The notes beneath the pieces were generated by a model, which saw only the letters and a program-made list of their open reading frames with translations, was not told where the DNA came from and made no database searches. A DNA stretch of 62,220 bases from Parcubacteria group bacterium Greene0416_39 (GTDB lineage Bacteria > Patescibacteriota > Minisyncoccia > Minisyncoccales > UBA10102). Of the stretch, positions 9,105-18,698 are shown piece after piece. The first letter of the stretch is position 1; the number at the start of each line of letters is the position of its first letter. The translations under genes were made by a program, and so were the position numbers. The DNA lies in NCBI GenBank assembly GCA_007375675.1, contig VMEU01000006.1:1-62220 (forward strand). Direction: 5' to 3'.

Positions 9105-9947
9105 CATGTTTCTCCACGTCTTTCGACGGGCATGGACTATATCTTCATCCTGCATCTCTTTTGCAGGAGCCAACGTGTAGTCTCTACGGGGTCAAGAGTT
9201 TATATCGCAACGAAGGGTGGACAAATTTCCTGACAATGTTATTGAATTTTTCTTTCGATGCTTTCCCAAAATACAAACGGTATCCAGAATTATTCCACTG
9301 ATGCGTAGAATCCAATCCAAGGCTCTCCCTGAATATTTTCTGAACTACCTTAACTTGTTTGAGTGAAAGTCTCTGTACATTCAACAAAAGTCCATGATCT
9401 TTTCCATTTTGTCCTTTTAACTTTCCTCCATCATCCATAAACCAAACAGCTAACACAATGGGATGCCTTAAGAATATACCAAGATCTTTTGGTAGAATCT
9501 TTCTCCCACGTCTATAGAAAACTTTATGCCACCTTGTAAGCTCTGGGTGGCTTATGGTTCGAAATCTCCAAGAGCTTGTCTTTGCCTGGAATTTGGGTTT
9601 TGAGAAAACCCAGTTCTCAAAAACTTTATATTTCCACCATAAGTAAGCTTTCTGTCTCTCTCCATGTCCGATCTGAAGTCTCCAGTTTGTTTCCCATCCG
9701 TTGGGCAGCAAACACGCATCCCCCAATAAGGTTCCAAAAAGAACCCTCTCTTGGTATGGAGTGAACCGATTGAGATTTTCTCTAAAATCCCTAAGGGCTC
9801 TTGAATTTGTGTTAACTCTTCTTCCGACTTCCCTCGGTATTACCTTCATTCATTCATTTTATCACAAAATGAATAGGAGGGCTCCACCGATACAGTTAGA
9901 TTTTTCTACCCCTTCTCAAGGGTAGGTCGCAAAGTCCTCGTTGGACC
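9105..9947 (-). mobile_element. Group I intron in 16S rRNA (after E. coli U1498)
   Basis: Exons rejoin as AAGTCGT|AACAAGG; P1 GUCGU/GCGAC; AGAGACTA and AAGATATAGTCC; terminal G. Confidence 0.92.
9184..9849 (-). CDS. Intron-encoded LAGLIDADG homing endonuclease
   Basis: LFGTLLGDA and LAVWFMDDG motifs. Confidence 0.92.
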   Translation of the reverse strand: MKVIPREVGRRVNTNSRALRDFRENLNRFTPYQERVLFGTLLGDACLLPNGWETNWRLQIGHGERQKAYLWWKYKVFENWVFSKPKFQAKTSSWRFRTISHPELTRWHKVFYRRGRKILPKDLGIFLRHPIVLAVWFMDDGGKLKGQNGKDHGLLLNVQRLSLKQVKVVQKIFRESLGLDSTHQWNNSGYRLYFGKASKEKFNNIVRKFVHPSLRYKLLTP

Positions 9948-10032
9948 ACGACTTAGCCCCTCTCACCGAGCCCAGCTTATTTACCCTTGCGGGCACTTTC
10001 GGCTGTTCCCGGCTCGCTTGGCTTGACGGGCG

Positions 10033-10872
10033 AATATTTTCTACGAACTTAGAATTGACGTTCCCATCGCGCCTGCGGATTTCCCGCACGCGACGAGCTC
10101 TAGTGCATCTGCTGTTTTAAAGCATACAGATTTGCTAACCCTATTTTGGTCAAATGTTCTCCCTTCTTAATTCTTTTCATCAAATCGCAGAAAATTCTGA
10201 AGTCTTTCAGCTTAGATTTTAATCGCAATCGGTATCGCCTAAAGAAAGGAACGATAATTTTCTCCAAATCCTTTCTATTCGCTACCTCATAGCGATAGCA
10301 ATTCTGATGATTCTTTCGTTTATCCACTTGGAAGTAGACATTTCCACAGCGAAAGAACTCTTTAAGCTTATAGAGAATATCTTTATCCCTTTCAATAAGC
10401 TTAAGATAGAATCGAGGTTCAACTTTGACTCTTCTTTTTACTTGTGTTTGTATCTGAGGATTCTTCACGTACACCGTAAAGCTTCCTTCCCCATCTACAA
10501 GCCCAAGAATGTAATCAGGAGTTAACATAATTAGAGAAAGTCCTTCCCCTTGCGGGTACTATGACTTAGCTGACTTCTGACGCTGCGTAAGTTCATTATA
10601 TCTCACATCCTGTGAAATAACAACGTCAGATCTCCTCGGGTTACTCAGTACTCTATTCCAGGCATCCTAGATGGACTTTCATTCTAACCTTCCTCATCCT
10701 CACCGCCTGTAATGAGTCGGTCATCCATTGTTTTTCTAGGCTGTCTTTTGCCGCCAGGTCCTTCGCTTGCCATCTCGCGATGGCAAACTACCTTTTGGCT
10801 ACGTCCCGAAGGCGTACATCGGGAGTGCGGATTTGAACCGCACAGAATACTAAGCTGCCGAGCGCTTTTATT
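10033..10872 (-). mobile_element. Group II-like intron in 16S rRNA (after ~E. coli C1399)
   Basis: Exons rejoin as TGCACTCAC|CGCCCGTCA; no U|...G group I ends; DIII-like AAGTCAGC..ATAGTAC..GAAGG and DV-like hairpin with a 2-nt bulge near the 3' end. Confidence 0.75.
10100..10528 (-). CDS. Intron-encoded single-motif LAGLIDADG endonuclease
   Basis: YILGLVDGEGSF, FFRCGNV, IIVPFF, GEHLT motifs. Confidence 0.92.
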   Translation of the reverse strand: MLTPDYILGLVDGEGSFTVYVKNPQIQTQVKRRVKVEPRFYLKLIERDKDILYKLKEFFRCGNVYFQVDKRKNHQNCYRYEVANRKDLEKIIVPFFRRYRLRLKSKLKDFRIFCDLMKRIKKGEHLTKIGLANLYALKQQMH

Positions 10873-11342
10873 GTGAGTGCAGGACCCAGGAACATATTCC
10901 GCGCCACATGGCTGATTGGCGCGTACTAGCGATTCCGACTTCATGAGGTCGAGTTTCAGACCTCAATCCGAACTGAGGAATAGTTTAAGGGATTAGCTCC
11001 GCGTTGCCGCCTTGCAACCCTCTGTCTATTCCATTGTAACATGTGTGCCGCCCAGGATATCAAAGGGCCACGCTGACTTGGCGTCATCCCCGCCTTCCTC
11101 TTGGTTGTCCCAAGCAGTTCTCTGTGACACATAAAACACAGAGTAGGGGTTGCGCATGTTGCCCGATTTAACGGAGCGCCTCAAGGTACATGCTGACGAC
11201 AGCCGTGCAGCACCTGGACTAATGTCCTTGTGGGTGGCCCCGACTTTCGTCGGGGTTTCATTAGTCTGTCAAACCCTGGTAAGGTTCTTCGGTTGTTGAC
11301 GAATTAAGCCACATGTTCCACCGCTTGTGTGGGTCCCCGCCT

Positions 11343-11374
<32 letters not shown>

Positions 11375-11470
11375 TCCCAGGCGGGATGCTTAACGCGTTA
11401 GCTTCGCCACGTGAAGGGTCGACACTTCACATAGCCAGCATCCAATGTTTAGGGCGTGGACTACAAGGGT

Positions 11471-12449
11471 CATCTTGTAGAATTTTTACTATCCGTGTTG
11501 CCACGGAGATCGGACTATATCACTTTCTGAAATCGCTTATACCTTGATTTTTTCTCTGCAAGATATTTTTCTATCACGTCACGAGAAAACGATGTTTTCT
11601 CGACGACTTCAGAAATCCAGCGTTCTTGTAATTGGGAATCTTTGTAAAGAAGAATAACTTTGGGTAGTATACTTGCCACTGGAACATACGGTAGAATGAT
11701 GCGTAAGAACTTTTTGAGTTCTTCGCTCGAACGGATCCATAATCGGTAATACTCACGCTTTGTCCCGTCACGCTCTCGAACAATCTTCGCAATCGCGACT
11801 TTAACTTTCCAGACCTTCTGCAGGTACTGTGCTAAAATCTTTTGGTCTTCGAGCAGAAACGGGTCCGTGCAAAACACTCCGCGTTTTCCATTACCAATCA
11901 ACGAACCATCATCAAGCCACCACACCGCCAACGAAAGCGGTGTCAGCTGGTTAAGCCATTTTCGCTTAATGACTAAGCGATTATGCTTATGGGTCAGCTG
12001 GTATAATTCACTAAGTTGCTCTAGTGCTAGGCTCTGATATCGCAACATTTCTCCACCATAGCCATTCGGTTCTTGCTTCCACCAGCATTTTTCTCCGGAA
12101 ATCTCTTTCAACTGTTCAACTTTCCAGAAGAAATAATCCTGTTGGAGAACCGAGTGACGAAAAGAAAAACGTGCGTTCTTGTAGGGTTTTTGGATCCTTA
12201 AAGATCCGTCACCAAGCAAAGAACCCAGCATAACTTCTTTACATCGATCCGACAAAAATGAATGCTTTGTATTCATTTTCTATCTTCTTACTTACATAGT
12301 CTCTACGGGGTCAATACCTCTATCGAGGCTGACTTCCCTCGGGATTGTCCGTTCGACTGAACGGAGTTCCCCGATATAGCTAGATGCGCACTCCGATGTT
12401 GCCACCGAAGGGGACACCATTCGTCTCGTTTCATACGAGACAAGGATTT
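11471..12449 (-). mobile_element. Group I intron in 16S rRNA (after E. coli U793)
   Basis: Exons rejoin as GGATTAGAT|ACCCTTGTAGTCC; AGAGACTA and GATATAGTCC core; terminal G. Confidence 0.92.
11515..12276 (-). CDS. Intron-encoded LAGLIDADG homing endonuclease
   Basis: MLGSLLGDG and LAVWWLDDG motifs. Confidence 0.92.
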   Translation of the reverse strand: MNTKHSFLSDRCKEVMLGSLLGDGSLRIQKPYKNARFSFRHSVLQQDYFFWKVEQLKEISGEKCWWKQEPNGYGGEMLRYQSLALEQLSELYQLTHKHNRLVIKRKWLNQLTPLSLAVWWLDDGSLIGNGKRGVFCTDPFLLEDQKILAQYLQKVWKVKVAIAKIVRERDGTKREYYRLWIRSSEELKKFLRIILPYVPVASILPKVILLYKDSQLQERWISEVVEKTSFSRDVIEKYLAEKKSRYKRFQKVI

Positions 12450-13188
12450 ATCTAATCCTTTTTGCTCCCCACGCTTTCGTCCCTCACCGTCAGGGTTGCC
12501 CCAGCTGAATGCTTTCGCCTTTGGTGTTCTTCTCGATATCAACGGATTTCACCCCTCCACCGAGAATTCCATCAGCCTCTAACACCCTCTAGCCCGCCAG
12601 TTTTCCCTGCAGTTCCAAGGTTGAGCCCTGGACATTTAACAAGAAACTTGGCGGGCCGGCTACGGACGCTTTACGCCCAGTAAATCCGGATAACGCTTGG
12701 AGGCTCTGTTTTACCGCTACTGCTGGCACAGAGTTAGTCCCTCCTTATTCTCAGGGTACCTTCTTCCCTCGATTGCTCTCGGGATTATTCCCCTGCAAAA
12801 GTGGTTTACAACCCGAAGGCCTTCATCCCACACGCGGTGTCGCTGGATCAGGGTTTCCCCCATTGTCCAATATTCTCGGCTGCTGCCTCCCGTAGGAGTA
12901 TGGCCCGTATCTCAATGCCATCGTTGGGGAACGCGCTCTCACGCCCCCTACCCGTCATAGCCTTGGTAGGCTTTTACCCTGCCAACTAGCTGATAGGACG
13001 CAGACCGCTCCCAAAGTGGATTACTCCTTTACCCTTCGATTGCTCTCAGGGACCATCGGGAATTAGCTCCGCTTTCGCGGAGTTATGCCCGTCTTTGGGG
13101 TACGTATCTACGTGTTACTAACTCGTTTGCCGCTGCTCCCTCGGTCTTGCGACCTCGGGAACCGCTTGACTTGCATGCCTTATCCACA

Positions 13189-13224
<36 letters not shown>

Positions 13225-13309
13225 TGGCTAAACTTGAGAGTAGGAACAACTCTCAGAAATCAACTGTATTCAATTGACAATGTCCTACCCCCGCGGAAAA
13301 AGTCATTCA

Positions 13310-13393
13310 ACCCCGCACCACTTTGACCTGAATTTTCACGATTAACCATATTGTTTGGTCTTTCGTTGAATGAAAGACAAAGTGGTGCTGGGT
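13310..13393. repeat. Second copy of the ACCCCGCACC element, in the 16S leader
   Basis: Aligns end to end with 3756-3840. Confidence 0.85.
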
Positions 13394-13489
13394 CAAAACA
13401 ACTCCCGAAGATATTCGCAAAGAATACCTTCGGGAATCGTCTTATTCAACAAATTGTACTGAAAAAAGTTTCTGTTTTTCTCTGAGGGT

Positions 13490-13518
13490 ATAATACTCTC
13501 GCACCAATCCCCTGTCAA
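13490..13518 (-). promoter_or_regulatory. Sigma70 promoter for 16S
   Basis: TTGACA-17 bp-TATTAT. Confidence 0.75.
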
Positions 13519-13528
13519 GACATAGCTG

Positions 13529-13600
13529 AGCCTGAGGTCGGATTCGAACCGACAACCTACTCTTTACAAAAGAGTTGCTCTGCCGTTGAGCTACTCAGGC
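13529..13600 (-). tRNA. tRNA-Thr(TGT)
   Basis: Cloverleaf GCCTGAG...TTTGTAA...GGTTCGAATCC. Confidence 0.95.
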
Positions 13601-13605
13601 AGACA

Positions 13606-13920
13606 TTATCCTTTTTTCTTGAGCTTATTCCAATAGTTTGAAGAGAACCTGCCGTTTTTTTCTTGCGACTTCTTGCGCAACGACACTAACCAGTCACTGG
13701 TTTTTGCCTCTGCTTTCATAGAAAAGATTCTCGCCTTTGAAACAAGCTTCTGGAGAAAAATCTCAGGCGAACTCAAGAGTTTTGAAACTTTAAACTCTGC
13801 CAATCCTCCTTTCTTTTTTATAGGAACTGCAAGAATCAAGGGAAGTTTTTTTCTTGTCATGTATGCCAATCCTGCAAAACTCCCAAGAAAAAGAACGATG
13901 GCAATAAGAGTTGGAACCAT
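13606..13920 (-). CDS. Hypothetical protein with N-terminal TM helix
   Basis: ORF abutting tsf; hydrophobic N-terminus, basic tail. Confidence 0.7.
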   Translation of the reverse strand: MVPTLIAIVLFLGSFAGLAYMTRKKLPLILAVPIKKKGGLAEFKVSKLLSSPEIFLQKLVSKARIFSMKAEAKTSDWLVSLRKKSQEKNGRFSSNYWNKLKKKG

Positions 13921-13922
13921 TG

Positions 13923-14372
13923 TTAGATCTCAAGGCGTGAGAATTGTTTTACTACAATATTCTCTCCAAGCCTTGCGATATACGTATTGACAAGATCACG
14001 AACCTGGTAAGAAGGATCTTTTACATAAGGCTGAGACAAAAACTCTTCTGTATTTTGCGGGTTCATAGAAGCAACCTGCAAAGCAAGTTCATGGCACAAA
14101 ACCTTAAACTCTGGCGATCTTGCCACAAAATCCGTTTCGCACCGCACGTCAACCAACGCTCCCAGTTTTCCTGTAGAGTGGAGGTACGAGGCCACCACGC
14201 CTTCTCCAACCTCTCTCGCTTGTTTCTTTTCAGCAACTTCTTTCCCCCACTTCTTAAGCAACTCTCTTGCCTTTTCACTATTCCCTTCTGCTTCTTCTAA
14301 AGCTTTCTTGCACTCTGAAATAGAAATTCCGGTTGCCTCTCTCAGTTCTTTTATTTGATCAATTGTTGCCAT
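13923..14372 (-). CDS. tsf: Elongation factor Ts (short form)
   Basis: IKELREATG, ECKKAL, CETDFVAR, LGENI. Confidence 0.95.
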   Translation of the reverse strand: MATIDQIKELREATGISISECKKALEEAEGNSEKARELLKKWGKEVAEKKQAREVGEGVVASYLHSTGKLGALVDVRCETDFVARSPEFKVLCHELALQVASMNPQNTEEFLSQPYVKDPSYQVRDLVNTYIARLGENIVVKQFSRLEI

Positions 14373-15081
14373 TGGCAGTCGTAATTTTTTCTTTGAGCTT
14401 TAAAAGGATATATGCAATGGAACTGGCAGCGTCGTCGTTGGCTGGAATTAGGAAGTCAAGGAGCGAAGGGTCGCAGTTGGTGTCGCAGACTGCAAACGTG
14501 AGAATCTTTTTTTTCTTTGCTTCTTTTACTGCAAGCTCGTTTTCGTCAAGGTCGCACACGAACACAGCGTCAGGAAGCTTCATAAGATTTCTTATCCCTC
14601 CAAATTTCACTTCAAGACCCTTCCTCTCTTCTTCGAGTTTTGCCTGCTCCTTTTTTGTGTACTTTGCAATGTCGCCAGACTCTTTCATCTTTTCTATCTC
14701 CAGGAGCCGCTGAATCCTTTTTGAAATGCCTTCAAAGTTGGTTAAGGTGCCTCCAATCCAACGCTCGCAAATGTATGGAAGACCAAGTACTTTTGCAGTT
14801 TCCATAACCTGGCTTTTTATCTGAATCTTTGTTCCAACAAAAAGGATATTCTTGCCTTCCTGTTTGAGTTTTACCAGAGCTTCAAGCGCTTCTGCAAGTT
14901 TTTCCTTGGTCTTTTCAAGGTCAATAATATGAACGGTGTTTTTCACCCCTCCAATAAAAGGCTTCATCTTTGGGTGAGTCTTGGATGTTTTATGCCCAAA
15001 GTGAAGACCCGCTGCCATCATCTCTTCAATGACAGGGTCTTTCTGTATTTCTAGTTTTGCTTCAATAACTTCTTGTGCCAT
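14359..15081 (-). CDS. rpsB: 30S ribosomal protein S2
   Basis: AGLHFGH, HIIDL, RWIGGTLTN, DTNCDP, IPANDDA. Confidence 0.97.
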   Translation of the reverse strand: MAQEVIEAKLEIQKDPVIEEMMAAGLHFGHKTSKTHPKMKPFIGGVKNTVHIIDLEKTKEKLAEALEALVKLKQEGKNILFVGTKIQIKSQVMETAKVLGLPYICERWIGGTLTNFEGISKRIQRLLEIEKMKESGDIAKYTKKEQAKLEEERKGLEVKFGGIRNLMKLPDAVFVCDLDENELAVKEAKKKKILTFAVCDTNCDPSLLDFLIPANDDAASSIAYILLKLKEKITTANGNN

Positions 15082-15161
15082 ACATACCCTTGTACCACAG
15101 AGAACAAAGGATATCAAGAGGAGGGGTTGATTTTTTTCTTAAGATATGATAAAGAAAAACT

Positions 15162-15374
15162 ATGAAAAAAGACATTCACCCAACGTACTACCCAAAAGCG
15201 AAGGTTTCTTGCGCGTGCACAAATACGTTCACCATAGGAGGCACAAAAGAATCCTACGATATTGACATTTGTTCCTCATGCCACCCTTTTTATACAAACA
15301 AGGAGAAAATCCTTGATACGTTAGGCCAGGTGCAAAAGTTTAGAAAACGCTTGAGCCAGAAGAAGGCAAAATAG
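15162..15374 (+). CDS. rpmE: 50S ribosomal protein L31 (zinc-binding)
   Basis: MKKDIHP, CAC, CSSCHPFYT. Confidence 0.97.
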   Translation: MKKDIHPTYYPKAKVSCACTNTFTIGGTKESYDIDICSSCHPFYTNKEKILDTLGQVQKFRKRLSQKKAK

Positions 15375-16424
15375 ATGCCAGATCTCAAAGCCCTCAAAGA
15401 GGAGTATGCGACGGTCCTGGAAGAACTCATGAATCCTGAGTTGATTGCAAATTGGGAAAAATTCCAGGAGTTTTCCAAAAGGAAGAACAACTTAGAAAAG
15501 ATTCTCAAAAAGACAGAGGAGCTTGAAGAGCTCACGAATCAAATTGAAGAAAACGAGGGAATCCTCTCCTCTCAAGAAGACAAAGAACTTGCAGTATTGG
15601 CCCAGCAAGAACTTGTCGTGCAAAGAGAAAAAATAAAGGGCATAGAAAAGGAACTCCAAGAACTTACGAAAAAAGGCGCGGAACAGTTCCCTGCTGCTCT
15701 TGTTATGGAAATACGGGCCGGAACAGGAGGAGAAGAGGCAGCGCTCTTTGCGAAAGACTTGCATGAAATGTATGTAAAATATGCGATCTCTAAAGGCTGG
15801 AGCTCAAGGGTTCTCAACCTAAATGAAACAGATATTGCTGGACTAAAAGAAGTGTCTTTAGAAATTGAAGGGGAAGACGCATTTGAAAAATTACGGTTTG
15901 AGGGAGGCGTGCATAGAGTGCAAAGAATCCCTGTCACAGAAAAAGCAGGGAGGGTTCATACTTCCACAGCCTCTTTGGCAATACTCCCAAAGCCAAAGTA
16001 CGAGGAACTTCAAATAAGCCCAAACGACATTCTCCTTGAGTTCTACAATTCTTCGGGCCCTGGAGGCCAGAACGTAAACAAAAGAAAAACTGCTGTGCGC
16101 GTCACGTATCTCCCAACAAAACTTGTCGTTACCTCCCAAACCTCAAGGAGCCAAGAGAAAAACAAGGAGTTTGCTATGGCACTTCTTTCAGCAAAACTTT
16201 TGGAACAGAAAGAAAAAACAGAAGAAAAAGAATTCTCAAAGGAGCGCAAAGCGCAGATTGGCTGGGCAAAGAGAGCAGAAAAAATCCGCACGTACAACTT
16301 CCCTCAAGATAGGTTAACAGACCACCGCATTGAGAAAAGTTGGCACGGCTTAGAGAAAATCTTATCCGGAAACCTTGATCCAGTTATTGGGGCGCTTCAA
16401 GAATTCCAAAACTCTCAAAAATAA
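15375..16424 (+). CDS. prfA: Peptide chain release factor 1
   Basis: EIRAGTGGEEA, PVT recognition motif, GGQ, IRTYNFPQ. Confidence 0.97.
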   Translation: MPDLKALKEEYATVLEELMNPELIANWEKFQEFSKRKNNLEKILKKTEELEELTNQIEENEGILSSQEDKELAVLAQQELVVQREKIKGIEKELQELTKKGAEQFPAALVMEIRAGTGGEEAALFAKDLHEMYVKYAISKGWSSRVLNLNETDIAGLKEVSLEIEGEDAFEKLRFEGGVHRVQRIPVTEKAGRVHTSTASLAILPKPKYEELQISPNDILLEFYNSSGPGGQNVNKRKTAVRVTYLPTKLVVTSQTSRSQEKNKEFAMALLSAKLLEQKEKTEEKEFSKERKAQIGWAKRAEKIRTYNFPQDRLTDHRIEKSWHGLEKILSGNLDPVIGALQEFQNSQK

Positions 16425-16550
16425 ACTATCGTATTAATCCTGCTATAGCAGTAATAATACGACAGCTTGTTTGTCTCTGTCCGAAGTAGGACTTCGGACA
16501 GATATCATTGATTACTGAAGAAACTTAGTTTCTCGGTTGATCTCGCTTCA

Positions 16551-17963
16551 TTAGCGATCGCTTACCAAGCGAGATATACCGTTTACTACAATTTTCAATG
16601 TAGATTGGGTTGAAGAAAGAGAACCGTTGAGGGCTTTGATGTCTTCCTCATAGTTGGCGGCAATGCGCATCACAGAGTCTCCGTAGAAGCGGTAGCGGGT
16701 CTTTGAAGAACCTGAAAAGTAAATGAGGGCGGATTTCCACTCTGCGTTATATGTTTGCTTTGCCGCGCCAAAATCTGAAAGATAGAGGCCAGCAGCCATA
16801 AACGCGTCTTTAATGTCCCACGGGTTAGCCGGCCTTCCGAGGATCGCTGAAAGACGCGAGCGATACGCCTTCCACGTAGAAGGAATAAATTGGGCAGGTC
16901 CCATTGCTCCTCCATACCCTCCAACGCTTGGAACTGGGCAGGAAACAGGCGTGTTCAAGGGATCTCTCCCAAGTTCCTGCACAATCTCAAGAAACGGCTT
17001 GACGTCTCGGGAAGGTTTCATTACGTTTTTCACAAAAGCTGCCGAAATTACTCTCGTTCCGCTTCCTGTCTGAATATCCTTGAGAAAACACTGGCCCACG
17101 TTTTTCCCAAGGTTTGACTCTTGCGTGATCACGGCAAGCAAGAAGGCGGGCCGAACTCCGGTTTGGAGAGATACCGCATTTGCAATAGCAAGCGCTTCTC
17201 CAAAAGTTGGGGCTTCAGGCACTCCTATTAATTCAAAGATGCGCGACCTAATCTCTTGCGCGCGCTTCTTTTTATCCTGCAGAAGCTTCTGGTACTCAGA
17301 CTCTTTGCCTTTGGTAGTTTCTAAAAGTCCTTGTGCCTGGCCTTGGAGGTTTTGGCTTTCCTGCTTTTGGAGAATTTGGATGCGCCTAAAGTTTTCTTCT
17401 TCGGTTTTTTCAGTTGCAAGGGCGCCTTTCTGGTTCTCAAGGTACTGCGTGAGACTTGTTAAATCTTCAAGAAGTTCCTGATTTTTTGCCGTCAAAGCCT
17501 GGAGCGCGGCAATGTTGGAGAAGAAGTCAGAAAGCGTTGCGCCAGTCAGTATGATCTCTGGCGTGCCTTTCTGATCTTCCTCCCAAATACGCCTGAGTGT
17601 TTCTGCCATTTGTCTCCTTTTCTTCTGAATGTCTTCGTTGGTCTTGATAATGGACCCTTCGGTATCTGCAATCTGGGAAGTAAGGTCTTTGAGAATCTTG
17701 GTGCTTTTCTCAATCTCAAGATTGGTCTTTTGAATTTTGCTTTGGAGAACCTTAACCTGATTTTGCAGCGTCTGTTTTTGCTGCTTGGTTTTCGTAATAT
17801 CCCCTTCAATACTCTGAATCTCTTTTTCTAAAGCTTGCAGCTCTTGTTCAAGCTGGGTTCGTTCCTCAAGAGGAGTCTGCGCCAAAGCGTCATTCCACAC
17901 CAAAAACAGCACAAGCAAGCACGCTTGCGTCACCATCAAAAGTTTATTCCGTAATCCACGCAT
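16551..17963 (-). CDS. Secreted coiled-coil protein with C-terminal lytic transglycosylase domain
   Basis: Signal peptide, long heptad region, QES, GAMGPAQFIPSTW. Confidence 0.85.
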   Translation of the reverse strand: MRGLRNKLLMVTQACLLVLFLVWNDALAQTPLEERTQLEQELQALEKEIQSIEGDITKTKQQKQTLQNQVKVLQSKIQKTNLEIEKSTKILKDLTSQIADTEGSIIKTNEDIQKKRRQMAETLRRIWEEDQKGTPEIILTGATLSDFFSNIAALQALTAKNQELLEDLTSLTQYLENQKGALATEKTEEENFRRIQILQKQESQNLQGQAQGLLETTKGKESEYQKLLQDKKKRAQEIRSRIFELIGVPEAPTFGEALAIANAVSLQTGVRPAFLLAVITQESNLGKNVGQCFLKDIQTGSGTRVISAAFVKNVMKPSRDVKPFLEIVQELGRDPLNTPVSCPVPSVGGYGGAMGPAQFIPSTWKAYRSRLSAILGRPANPWDIKDAFMAAGLYLSDFGAAKQTYNAEWKSALIYFSGSSKTRYRFYGDSVMRIAANYEEDIKALNGSLSSTQSTLKIVVNGISRLVSDR

Positions 17964-17971
17964 TTTGTATA

Positions 17972-18032
17972 TAGTATTTAGTATGCAGTATTTAGGGATC
18001 CCTAAATACTAAATACCAGACACTAAATACTA
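17972..18032. repeat. Inverted arrays of the 7-mer TAAATAC
   Basis: tagtatttagtatgcagtatttaggg atccctaaatactaaataccagacactaaatacta. Confidence 0.75.
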
Positions 18033-18680
18033 TTTTTTTGGCTGCTCTGCAGCTTCTTCTTTCTTTGGTTTTTCTACCTTTGCGACATCTTCAACTTTCT
18101 CTTCCACTGGTTTTGCTAATTCTTCTTCCACTTTTTCTGGAGGCACCACTTGGGCAACAATGTCTTCGGGCTTAGCAAGAATCTCAACTCCTTCTCCTTG
18201 GAACAAATCTTTCACGAGAATCTTGTGTTCAAACGTTGTGAGGCCTACAACCTGAACTTTTATCTCATGGGGCAAGTTCTGAGGAAAGGCGCGCACCTGA
18301 ACCTCTTGGATGTTTTTAATGAGCGTGCCTCCAAAGTCTTTCACGGCGGGAGCCTCTCCTTCAAACACAATAGGTATGGTTACTTCAATTTTTTTGTCTA
18401 GGGGCGGCTGGTAAAAATCAACATGGATAACCTTGCTTGAAACAGGATCGCGCTGAACTTCACGAATAAGCACGGGAATTGTTTTCTCTTCTGTTCCTAA
18501 ATTCAAAAGCGAAGAGGAGCCTACTTCCTGATACACCTTTTCAAATTCCTTTTCCCCAACACTCAAAGAAAGAGTGCTCAGGACCGGCCCGTACAGTACG
18601 GCCGGGATAGAACCGGCCTTTCTCATAGTTCCTGTTTTTCTTCCCCGTTCAGTTCGGGGAGCTGTAGAAAGTTTCAGCAT
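18030..18680 (-). CDS. rplY: 50S ribosomal protein L25/Ctc
   Basis: IPAVLYG, EVQRDPV, HVDFY. Confidence 0.95.
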   Translation of the reverse strand: MLKLSTAPRTERGRKTGTMRKAGSIPAVLYGPVLSTLSLSVGEKEFEKVYQEVGSSSLLNLGTEEKTIPVLIREVQRDPVSSKVIHVDFYQPPLDKKIEVTIPIVFEGEAPAVKDFGGTLIKNIQEVQVRAFPQNLPHEIKVQVVGLTTFEHKILVKDLFQGEGVEILAKPEDIVAQVVPPEKVEEELAKPVEEKVEDVAKVEKPKKEEAAEQPKK

Positions 18681-18698
18681 ATAACCCTTTCCATACTC

